In this document: piece after piece, positions 35,196 to 46,712 of the stretch
Layout: the number at the start of each line of letters is the position of its first letter
How positions within the stretch are numbered: the stretch's first letter is position 1
Source of the DNA: Gekko japonicus
Lineage: Eukaryota
Direction of reading: 5' to 3'
DNA length: 64,000 nucleotides
Assembly: GCF_001447785.1 (NCBI RefSeq)
Contig: NW_015165831.1
Location: forward strand, 1,426,064-1,490,063
Position numbers and translations under genes: made by a program
The notes under the pieces: generated by a model
What the model was told of the DNA's origin: nothing
The model's database searches: none
The model's input: the letters and a program-made list of their open reading frames with translations, nothing else

Positions 35196-35400
35196 AGATA
35201 GTGGAACAGCATATGAGGTTTCCAGGCTGCACTAGGGATGCTGCAGCTCTTCTCAGTTGACTCCAGGATTCACCTGCAATAGTTCAAGGCAGGCCTTAAC
35301 ACAGCAAAGTCTATATAGGCCTCTCCCCAAGATGTTGCCTCTTTCTGGGCCAGGCTGAACTGCTGGCTGCTGGGAATACCCAGCCTCCTTTAGGGAAGGC
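35196..35400 (-). promoter_or_regulatory. Candidate promoter and first exon of the TLR5S-like gene
   Basis: TATATA at ~35312-35317, near-kappaB GGGAATACCC at ~35372-35381 and a GTGAGC donor at ~35195. A second exon-like segment at 34829-34892 (TAG acceptor, GTGAGT donor). No transcript evidence. Confidence 0.3.
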
Positions 35401-35738
35401 TACAAGCACTGAGCATGCTCATTAACTAAGTATAGAAGGGGGGAAAGGGAGTTAATTGCCACACCACCTATTTTTGTCACTGTGGAGTATTGTGAAGAGG
35501 AGGTGCCACTGAAGGGTCATTGCTGGCCATTAACTTTTTTTTCCTGACCAAAAAAGTACATCAGGAGGAAACCATGAAGTCAGCTGCCAGCTAGCGAGGG
35601 CTGGTCTCTAGAAAGGTGGCATGTACTTCTTTTGAAATAGAGAAGAACAAACAAATGAGTGAAGCTGCTGTTGTCGAGAGGCTGAGTAGCAGCACTTCTT
35701 AGAACGGGAACCTGGCAGGACCAATGCACTGCCATTAA

Positions 35739-35862
35739 GTAAAGGTAAAGGTTTCCCTTGCTTGAAAGTCAGTCGAATCCGACTCTAGGGTTGCGGTGCT
35801 CATCTCCGTTTCCAAGCAAAAGAGCCAGAGCTGTCCAAATACATTTCCGTGGCCATGTGGCC
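35739..35862 (-). mobile_element. Sauria SINE 3' fragment
   Basis: AAAGGTAAAGG...GAATCCGACTCTAGGGTTGCGGTGCTCATCTCCG matches the 47305 copy. Confidence 0.85.
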
Positions 35863-35958
35863 ATTACTCTGTGAATATGAGCCAGTGCTTTGCCTTGCCT
35901 CAGCCTGGACACAGAATTGTGGCATTATTGTGGCTTTGAGACCCTGTACTCATAACTT

Positions 35959-38900
35959 CTCCTGCCAACCTAGCAGTTCGAAAGCAAGAAATTGCAAGTA
36001 GATAAATAGGGACCACTTCGGTGGGAAGGTAACAGCGTTCCATGCGCCTTGGTGTTTAGTCATGCCGGCCACATGACCACGGAAACGTCTTCGGACAGCG
36101 CTGGCTCTTCGGCTTTGAAACGGAGATGATTTGTCCAGAGTGTCACCAGATGTTAGGCACTTTTATGTAGTGGCCCATCACTTGTGGCCCCTCATGGATC
36201 ACTGCCTTGTCGTGGCGAGGGGGCTTGCGCAGTTCAATGAAGCTGTGGGCTATGCCGTGAAGGGCCACCCAAGACGGACAGGCCACAGCAGAGAACTCAG
36301 ACCAAGCGTGATCCACCTGGAGAAGGAAATGGCAACCCACTCCAGTATTTTTGCCAAGAAAACCCCATGGACAGTATCAAAAGGCTAAAAGATATGACGC
36401 CGGAAGATGAGCCCCTCAGGTCGGAAGGTGTCCAATATGCTACTGAGGAAGAGCAGAGGGCAAGTACAAGTAACCCCAGAAAGAATGAAGCGGCTGGGCC
36501 AAAGCCGAAAGGACGCTCAGTTGTGGATGTGTCTGATGGTGAAAGGAAAGTCCGATGCTGCAAAGAACAATATTGCATAGGAACCTGGAATGTAAGATCT
36601 ATGAATCAAGGCAAGCTTGACGTGGTCAAAAATGAGATGGCAAGACTGAACATCGATATCTTAGGAATCAGTGAACTTAAGTGGACAGGAATGGGCGAAT
36701 TTAACTCAGAAGACCATTATATCTACTACTGTGGCCAGGAATCTCGTAGAAAAAATGGTGTGGCCTTTATAGTCAACAAGAGAGTGCAAAAGGCAGTACT
36801 GGGATACAATCTCAAAAATGACAGAATGATTTCGGTCCGATTCCAAGGCAAACCATTCAACATCACAGTAATCCAAGTCTATGCCCCAACCACTGATGCA
36901 GAAGAGGCTGAAGTGGACCGGTTCTATGAAGACCTACAACACCTCCTAGAACTAACACCAAAAAATGATGTCCTCATCATCATAGGGGACTGGAATGCTA
37001 AAGTAGGAAGTCAAAAGGTAACCGGAATAACAGACAAGTTTGGCCTTGGAAAGCAAAATGAAGCAGGGCAAAGGTTAACAGAGTTTTGTCAAGAGAACAC
37101 ACTGGTCATAGCGAACACCCTTTTCCAACAACCTAAGAGGCGACTCTACACATGGACATCACCAGATGGGCAACACCGAAATCAGATTGACTATATAATT
37201 TGCAGTCAAAGATGGAGAAGCTCTATCCAGTCAGTAAAAACAAGACCTGGAGCTGACTGTGGTTCAGATCATGAGCTACTCATTGCAAAATTCAGACTTA
37301 AACTGAAGAAAATTGGGAAAACCACGAGGCCATTCAGGTTTGACCTAGATCGCATCCCTGATGAATATACAGTAGAGGTGAAGAATAGATTCAAGGGTCT
37401 GGATTTGATAGATAGAGTGCCTGAAGAACTATGGACAGAGGTTCGTGACATCGTACAGGAGGCAGCAATCACCACCATACCAAAGAAAAAGAAATGCAAG
37501 AAAGCAAAATGGCTTTCTGATGAGGCTTTACAAATAGCAGAGGAAAGAAGGAAAGCGAAAGGCAAAGGCGAAAAGGAAAGATTTACCCAACTGAACGCAG
37601 ATTTCCAGAGAACAGCAAGGAGAGATAAGGAGGCCTTCCTGAATGAACAGTGCAAAGTAATAGAAGAAAACAATAGAATGGGAAGGACTAGAGATCTCTT
37701 CAAGAAAATTGGAGAAATCAAGGGAGCGTTCCATGCAAAGCTGGCCATGATAAAGGACAAAAACGGTAGGGACCTAACAGAAGCAGAAGAGATTAGGAAA
37801 AGATGGCAAGAATACACAGAAGAACTATACAAGAAAGACCTCAATGTCCTTGACAAACACGACGGTATAATCACTGACCTTGAGCCAGACATCCTGGAAT
37901 GTGAAGTTAAATGGGCCTTAGAAAGCATTACTAACAACAAAGCTAGTGGAGGTGATGGTATTCCAGCTGAGCTATTCAAAGTCTTAGAAGATGATGCTGT
38001 TAAAGTTCTGCACTCCATTTGCCAGCAAATTTGGAAAACGCAACAGTGGCCACAGGATTGGAAAAGATCAGTATACATTCCAATCCCAAAGAAGGGCAAT
38101 GCCAAGGAATGTTCAAACTATCGCACAATTGCACTCATATCACACGCTAGCAAGGTCATGCTCAAGATCCTACAAGCTAGGCTTCAACAGTACGTGGATA
38201 GAGAACTACCAGAAGTACAAGCTGGGTTTCGAAGAGGTAGAGGAACGAGAGATCATATTGCCAACATTCGCTGGATTATGGAGAAAGCAAGAGAGTACCA
38301 GAAAAATATCTACTTCTGCTTCATTGACTATGCTAAAGCCTTTGACTGTGTGGATCACAACAAACTATGGCAGGTCCTTAAAGAGATGGGAGTACCAGAC
38401 CACCTCACATGTCTCTTGAGAAACCTGTATAAGGGCCAAGAAGCGACAGTTAGAACCGGATACGGAACAACTGATTGGTTCAGCATAGGAAAAGGAGTAC
38501 GACAAGGATGTATACTGTCACCTTGCTTATTTAATATATATGCAGAGTACATCATGCGAAATGCTGGCCTGGATGAATCACAAGCGGGAATTAAGATTGC
38601 TGGGGAAAAGATCAACAACCTCAGATATGCAGATGATACCACTCTAATGGCTGAAAGTGAAAAGGATCTAAAGAGCCTCTTGCTCAGAGTAAAAGAGGAG
38701 AGCGCAAAAGTGGGCTTGAAGCTCAACATCAAAAAAACTAAGATCATGTCAACATCAAGAAAACTAAGATCATGGCATCCGGCCCCATCACTCCTTGGCA
38801 AATAGAAGGGGAAGTCCTGGAAGTAGTGACAGACTTCACATTCCTGGGATCCCAGATCACTGCAGACTGTGAGAGCAGCCATGAAATTAAAAGACACCTG

Positions 38901-39431
38901 CTCCTTGAGAGGAAAGCGATGGCGAACCTAAACAACATGATAAAAAGTAGAGACATTACCCTGCCAACAAAAGTCCGCATGGTCAAAGCAATGGTATTCC
39001 CAGTAGTCATGTATGGCTGCGAGAGTTGGACTATAAGGAAGGCCGAGCGCCGAATAATAGATTCTTTTGAACTATGGTGCTGGAGAAGACTCTTGAGAGT
39101 CCCTTGGACTGCAAGAAGATCAAATCAGTCAATCCTAAAAGAAATCAACTCTGACTGTTCCCTGGAAGGCCAGATAATGAAACTGAAGTTCAAATACTTT
39201 GGCCACCCAATGAGAAGGGAGCACTCACTGGAGAAGACCCTGATGCTGGGAAAGATTGAAGGTCAAAGAAGACGGGGACGGCAAAGGATGAGATGGTTAG
39301 ACAGTGTCATCGATGCAACGAACATGAAATTGAGCAAACTTCAGAGGACGGTGGAAGACTGGAAGGCCTGGCATGATCTGGTCCATGGGGTCGCGAAGAG
39401 TCGGTCTCGACTGTGCGACTGAACGACAACA
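35959..39431 (+). mobile_element. BovB (RTE-clade) LINE, near full length, with a Sauria SINE fragment at its 5' end; TSD ACTCATAACTT
   Basis: APE endonuclease (IGTWNVRSM, GDWNAKVG, SDHELL) and RT (FIDYAKAFD, GVRQGCILSP, LRYADD). BovB-type 3' end GGGGTCGCGAAGAGTCGG...GACTGAACGACAACA. 11-bp direct repeats at 35948-35958 and 39432-39442. Confidence 0.95.
36367..39422 (+). pseudogene. BovB endonuclease/reverse-transcriptase ORF, broken by one 26-bp tandem duplication
   Basis: ORFs 36367-38805 and 38772-39422 join into about 1009 aa if one copy of TCAACATCAARAAAACTAAGATCATG (38723-38748 / 38749-38774) is removed. Confidence 0.92.
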
Positions 39432-42169
39432 ACTCATAACTTGCATAATGCCAGGATAACATAACGACAAAGAGAAACTAGGGAGGGTCTTCCTCCAGCT
39501 GTTGTCCAGCTCCAAGTACAGCTCGAACAGGCAGCCACAGAATGTTCAGATCGGGGACAATGCTTATGTTCCGAACATATTTATTTACTTTATTTGTATC
39601 CTGACTTTCACCCCAACAGGGACCCAAAGCAGCTTATGTTGTTCTCCTCTCCTCCGTTTTATCCTCACAACAAAGGTGTGACAGTAGAAAACAGCAAGAG
39701 TCCAGTAGCACCGCAAAGACTAACAAAATATGTGGCCAGCCAGGGTAGCAGCTTTTGTGAGTCACTGCTCATTTCTTCAGATACAGCTAGAACAGCAGTC
39801 CAAACCTGTGAGGTAGGTTAGGCAATGCATGTTGATGCCGCCATTCCTCACAAGCCACTCCCAAGTAGAAACAGCTGTCTTTGTTACAGTTGGCCCTGAA
39901 AACTCTTTCTTTACCATTCCCTCAACCTCAAAGGGTGGCCAATTTCCCCCCCTGGAAGGGCTCCTGTGTCTTTGGCAGCTATATGACAGTCAGACATTTA
40001 ACAGTTGGGACTTTCAAAGCAACATCAAAGCCTTGGTATCAGGAGCGATTTTGGTTGCAGATGCTGGAGACCAACCCTAGAACTTTTTGCATGCAAGGTG
40101 TGATCTGACCCACACAGTGATTGCCAAATGACCAGGGGGGAAACCAGCCTGACCTGCTCCTCTGCCTTGAATAGCAATCTGATCTTCAGAAATCAGTAAG
40201 TTAAACATTTCAAGATAAGTGCAAGCACCTATTTACAGTTTACAAATCATGCTTCTGTTAAAAGCTTAGGAATAGGAGCTGGAAACAAACTGGAACATCT
40301 GTCTTCAACCAAATTATAGGCCATCCCCCCCCCACCACCACAAACCCTTCCCCGTCTCCATGCTGGTGGCCCCAGCTCCAACGATCTTTCATTACTCACC
40401 TCTTTGAGCCCCACAAAACAGGCCTCCTTGTTGAAACCTCAGCATTGTGGTACCCGTGCAAAGGAGAGAGCTCTCTCTTCTATTCAGGCTGCAACAGCCA
40501 TTGCCTCATATAAACCCCACCAGAGTGAGGTGTTCCGCTCTCTAAGGCCCTACGTCAACAGCCCAGCATTGACTCAAAAAGTGATTTGGCAACTTGTGCA
40601 AATGGGGAAATGCTAGGGAAATTCCCCTCATGGCCCTTCTAGCTTATTGCTGTTGGCATTTCTCCATCACCACCATGGTGCCAACTCACGAGCAAGACCC
40701 CTGAGGTCAACAGAGCCTTAGTTGTATTTTGGGTTAGTTATCTAACCAGATTCAGGTGCAGACAGGGATTCTGTGAGTAGAGAGGGCAGAGGTTAAGAGA
40801 CTCCGCTATGAATTAAAGCATCCCTGTTGTGAGTCTTATCTACGATGAACCCACTCAGTGGTCCTAAACTAGCCACTCTCCCTTAGTGCTGGCCCCCTAT
40901 CTGCAATATGGGGATATTGACCTACTTACAGAGTTGTTATTGGGATTACAATGTTGTTATACATGGGAAGTAGTTTGAACATTAACTGTGTAAATGTGAA
41001 GCACTGTTCTCACTGGCAGGGCATGTGTTCAGTCCCTGGCATTTCCAGCTCAAGGATTTCAAACAGGAGGTCTTGCAAAAGACCTTTCCCTGCCCTGGAC
41101 CCTGAGAGCCACTGCCAGTTAAGAGAAGTAAAAAAGCAGCTCAGTGGTCTGTTTCAGTATAAGGTAGCATCATATGTGCATTGAAGAGGAAATGTCAGAA
41201 CTCGTACTTTCCTACAGCACGGTGCACAGAGCTATGCCTCTTGAAATGACCTCTGGTCCTGCTATTAAATGCACTCATCTGTTTCCTATTCTCTTTTGTG
41301 TTTTTGTCTTTGTGACGGGTGCTGTTTCATGAGCCAGATGTGGGCCAAAGACTGCCCAGTTCCCGATTCTCCTACCTAATTTTGATTGAGGGATGGTAAC
41401 AAGTCTGACCGCTGTTTCGATTGCAAGGAAAAGGGAAAAAAATGTTTTCACTGGCTAGTCCAATCTCGTCAGATCTCAGAAGCCAAGCAGGGTCAGCCCT
41501 GGTTATTACACGGATGGGAGACCACCAAGGAAGTCCAGGGTTGCAATGCAGAGGCTGACAATGGCAAACCGTCTCTGAATGTCTCTTGCCTTGAAAACCC
41601 TACGGGGTTGCTATAAGTCAGCTGTGACTTGAAAGCACTTTGTACCACTACCAAAGAACAGGGACACATTTATTTTTTTATAAAATAATGTTTTGGATTT
41701 TGCATGGAATTTGTGGTAGACGATGGTACACACTGGTTTTCAATGTAGCACCTGAAATCTATAATTATACAGAACTGACTGGACCAACTTACACATTACA
41801 AAGTTCTTGTGTTCACCGAGGTCCTGTTGATCATATGTGCTCTGTGAGTTCTAGGGGTCGTAATTCCCAGGTGCACACGGTCCCAATTCGGACCAGCAGC
41901 ATCGGGAGAGGGGATTTAAGTCTCCTCTCTTATACAATTTCTCTGACCTAAAACAGCATGGGGGAGCCATTGTTTGTACTGTTGGGGGCTAAACTGTGTA
42001 CTGATGGCTACATTTATGTTTTGCCAGTGGGGCAAATAGCAGTTCCCTGGGGCCGTTTTAAGTGAGGAAAATTACATGGAAGGCAACTCCTCAGCATATC
42101 TGATTGACACCCAGGCAGACACATGGGACGGGGTGGGGGTGGGGCGCAAGAACTTTGTAATGCATGACT

Positions 42170-42303
42170 NNNNNNNNNNNNNNNNNNNNNNNNNNNNNNN
42201 NNNNNNNNNNNNNNNNNNNNNNNNNNNNNNNNNNNNNNNNNNNNNNNNNNNNNNNNNNNNNNNNNNNNNNNNNNNNNNNNNNNNNNNNNNNNNNNNNNNN
42301 NNN
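42170..42303. other. Assembly gap
   Basis: N run. Confidence 1.
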
Positions 42304-43347
42304 ATTTTGATGAGTGTCAAGGACCTGTGATCAAGTTGCCTGCGCCATTGCTACCCCCAGCACCCTTTATTAATTACCCAGTTGGGCTGGGGCCCCTAGA
42401 TGTGTGCACACTGCCTGCACTGTGTAAAGTCTGGAGCTGAAACAGAGGCTCTAGACAGTTGACGCACTAGATATTTGCATTGCTCAGTTTCCGGAAGGGG
42501 CCAGCCTGGTGGCCTATTGGTTTCTTAGTCTTTTTCTGGGACTTTCCCCCATTGGCCAAGCAAGCTAGCTTGCTTGCTTAAGGCAGGAATCCTGGATATA
42601 CATCCATCTCTCCCCTCGCCCTATGGGTTGTGGTGGTTCACACCAGCTCCGGAAAGGACAATTTGTTCCCACCACAAAAGGCACAGCAGTTGCTCTGCAT
42701 ATGGCATTACCCAACCACTGATCTTTCACCAGCCTTGGCCGTGGTACAAGGTGCAGAGAGAATGACAACATCACATTCAAGGGGGGGGGGACGACGACAC
42801 AAACCACACTGGCAGGGCAGCCAGTTTAGAGAGGAGAGAAATAAAGAGAAATTAAGGAAGCTGGGTACAGTGAGAGCCTGTCAAACTTCTAAATTTGGCT
42901 GATGTCCAGGGAGGGCAACCAGAAAAGGTCAACGGGGAGACCTCCATGGGTAGCATTCTCTACTGCATGATTGTTGCTGCCTATGAGGCTCCTATTTAAT
43001 TTCACAGGGCTTCCCCAAGGACCTTTCCTGATATGTTGAACCCAAATTTCTACTAGCGTAGACTGCCACCAAAGGTAATTTCTACCCACCCTTTCAGTTC
43101 TTATTTGTCAGTTTGGAATTCCAGCCTGGAAATAAACAGTTTATAACATTGTCCACAGCCCACAGCAAGAATGTTCAATGGAAGGGGCTATGGATGATTG
43201 GTAGACCCTCTCTGCTCAGCATGCAGAAGGTCCCAGGTTCAGTCCTCAGAATCTCCAGGTAAAAGGATCAGGTAGTAGGGGATGTGAAAGACCTCTACCT
43301 AAGACCCAGTTTGAGTAGACAGGCTTTTTAATGTTTTTTAAAAAAGT

Positions 43348-43643
<296 letters not shown>

Positions 43644-43759
43644 GGCAACCCAACCCAGCAGGAGGCAGCCGCAAAACAAAAACTACCCACCGGGCAACAT
43701 GTGCGCCCGCCCGTCAGAGGTCCACAGGAAAAGGTCAGGAAGTTTTGTTTTGATACACA

Positions 43760-44750
43760 GCCTCCATATTCTGTCCTCTGGAAAGAGGCTGCTGTTAGGA
43801 CAGAATATGGAGAAACATGACAGTTTTCAATTGGCAAAAGGTGTCAGACAACGATGTATTTTGTCTCCCTACATGTTCACTTTATATGCGGAACATGTCA
43901 TAAGGAAAGACGGATTAGATTTAGATGAAGGTGGAGAGAGAACTGGAGGAAAGAGCATTGACCCTTTGAGATATGCAGATAATACCACATTTCCCCAGTC
44001 AAGTCCCAGCTGACTTATGGCAACCCCCACAGGATTTTCAAGGCAAGTGACGCTCATTGGTGGTTTGCTATTGCCTGCCTCCTGTTATTCCTTGGTGGTC
44101 TCCCATCCAAGTAATGACCAAAGCTAGTGCAGCTTAGCTTCTGAGATCTGATGAGATCAGGCTAGCCTGGGCTATCCAGCTCAGGATGACATCATATCAC
44201 TAGCAGAAAATAGTAAAGATTTGAGATGAAGGTGCCAAATCTGAACAATAGGAAGGCACAAATAATGACTACTGAGGAATGATGCAACTTTAAGGTTGAC
44301 AATGTTGACAGTGGGAAAGTGTTAATGATTTTCTATTCCTTGGCTCCATCATCAACTAAAAGGAAGACCTCAACCAAGAAATGAGAAGGTGATTGAGACT
44401 GGGAAGGGCAGCCATGAAGAAGAGATTGGATTTATACCCCGCCCTTCACTACCCAAAGGAGTCTCAGAGCGACTTACAAACTCCTTTCCCTTCCCCTCCC
44501 CACAACAGACACCCTGTGAGGTAGGTGGGGCTGAGAGAGCTCTGACAGAAACTGCTCTTTCAAGAACAGCTCTGACAGAACTATGGCTTGCCCAAGGTCA
44601 TCTAGCAGGTGCAAGTGGAGGAGTGGGGAATCAAGCCCGGTTCTCCCAGATTAGAGTCCACGCACTTAACCACTAAACCAAACTGGCTAGAAAAGATTCT
44701 TAAGTATAAGGATGCTTTGCTGGTGACCAGGAGCAAGATAATTCTAATTT
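43760..44750 (+). mobile_element. Old degenerate RTE/BovB-related fragment interrupted by two SINEs
   Basis: KGVRQRCILSPYMFTLYAEHVIRK...LRYADNT remnant. Confidence 0.75.
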
Positions 44751-45027
44751 TCTAGTTCTTATGGTTGGAAATTTGCAGGCAATGCTTGCCAAAAATTCTC
44801 AGAACCCAGCGACGTGTAGAAAGGATTTCCTAAATGGTCGGAACCCTTCCTGCCATGGCTTGGTTGGCTTTCCAGCAGGAAACACAGCTTGCTATTTTGG
44901 TGTAAAGTATCCATTCCCCAACTTCTAGGTGAAGACCAGCACCACTTCTATTTTGATGTTAAAGACTGATGCTAAAGATTGATGCTAATTAAATCACTGT
45001 GATGATGGAATTCAAAAGCTAAGGTGC

Positions 45028-45508
45028 TAATCTGAAAACACTCTGAACGTAAACCTCTGGTACAAGAAAGTATGGAATCTATACTTAATGGAAAAAAACC
45101 ACAGATATCTTTAAACAAATCAAACCCAAAGGAGAACTCAATGATACTACATGTATATGGTCTCCTATCTTATCATACCTAACTACCAAAGATTCAATAC
45201 CCGCTGTAACCCCTACGTAAACCGCTCAGAGACCCTTCAGGGTTAGGAGCGGTATATAAATTGAATGTAATAAATAATAAATAATAATAAAAGGTACTCT
45301 CCGCCTTTTGTAGTGTTTATAGCACAATACACAGTTTGATATATAGTATGAACTGTACGGAGAGAATCCTCACCACAGTATAGATTAGAATGATTAAAGC
45401 ACTTTTTGTATGTATAACGAAAAATATGTTAATTATATGTACATGCCTATCTTGCATAACCCTGTTGTTAATGAGAAAATTGAATAAAACTGATTTGAAA
45501 AGAAAAAA
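45028..45508 (+). mobile_element. L1-like 3' fragment with poly(A), containing a nested L2-like tail; TSD AAAAGCTAAGGTGC
   Basis: Direct repeats at 45014-45027 and 45509-45522; AATAAA and an A-tract before the second repeat. Confidence 0.7.
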
Positions 45509-46451
45509 AAAAGCTAAGGTGCCACCACCAAGAAGGCCCATTTCTGAAGGCGGAACACATAAAGCGGTTCCTCTGCAGAAGATCTGAACTGCTTGGCAGT
45601 TTATTTAATTTATTATTTAGGTTTTTAAAGCTATGATTCAAAAATTATATTTTTGAAGGTTTCACAAGATTTTTTGTATAATTTTAACGGAACTTCTAAA
45701 AATGTAATGTGAGATACAAATGCAGATGCACTTAGCAGAGACACGGGATTAGCTGCACCTTCCAGTCAGATGCAAGCCTGGTCTTTAGTCCAGCAATTTC
45801 CTTTCCTCCCACAAAACATCATCATTATTATAAAATAGGGTTGTATGGGGTGGTGGTGGTGGTTCCACAGCGTCATAGGAGAAAAAATCGGACTTGTGCA
45901 CTTACCAGAAATTCTTTACAGGAAGTGACATAAGGTAGCTCTAGGAATTGACAGAAACTCTACGGCAAAACCATAGAGCTACCTTTGTGACTTACTATAA
46001 AGACCTTCTGGTAAGTACACAGGACCACATTAAAAAAAATTCACTGCCACTTGAAGCAGTTGCAAGCAATGGACCTGGGGGGAGGGATCCCTCGCCTCCA
46101 CTGGGGGCTTTGTACCCCTATTATAAAACCATCTGAAAAGCTGACTCACAGCAGAAGAAACAATGCAAAAAACAAACAAACAAACTGAAGCAAGGGTTTT
46201 TAACTGACACAGTTTTATTTCATCCAGTGTTCAAGATGCCTTGTTGTAGTGGAAATGAATGTGTGTGGTGTGTGCGCTGAATACTGAAGACACAGTAGGA
46301 TTAAGTCTCTTCTTTTGTCACACTTGAGTCGCCAGGTTTTGAAGTCTGGAAGCAAGATTCACAACTGCAGCAGGCTTTCAAGGCATTTCTCCCCTTCTCC
46401 TGTGCATGCCCAAGAGTATGTGCACATGTGTGATCAAATCTGGCATCCACA

Positions 46452-46712
46452 CTATCCACGCTCACAGATGACCTCGATCACACTCTGTTCCATGGGCACA
46501 GGGTCAAGACAGCGGTGGGCCGTGCTTCCTACAATCTCATCCAGCAAGAAATGCACCAGGTTCTCATCAGAAACAAAGCGCCACAGGTAAAGCTGCAGGT
46601 AGTAACAGTCCACCTGGATCTGCTGCAGGCCAAAGCGACCAAAAGTGCGCAAACGGACACACTCTAAAAACGTCTTCAGGCTGATCTTGATGATGCCAGT
46701 CAGCACAGAGAC
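46452..46712 (-). CDS. VPS51: VPS51 coding exon 10 (terminal)
   Basis: [35 protein letters not shown]...EVICERG followed by TAG. Confidence 0.96.
   Translation of the reverse strand, partial: VSVLTGIIKISLKTFLECVRLRTFGRFGLQQIQVDCYYLQLYLWRFVSDENLVHFLLDEIVGSTAHRCLDPVPMEQSVIEVICERG

Noticed and set aside
35196-35215. ATG CTG TTC CAC TAT CT as the TLR5S signal-peptide start
   Set aside because: Its phase does not join in frame to the 31779 acceptor, either directly or via the 34829-34892 segment.
36236-36293. SECIS element (ATGA...GA core)
   Set aside because: Located in a LINE 5' leader, with no in-frame TGA selenoprotein upstream and no typical SECIS apical geometry; better described as a generic kink-turn.
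37269-38897. Antisense ORFs of 278 and 180 aa within BovB
   Set aside because: Typical antisense shadows of the A-rich RTE ORF.
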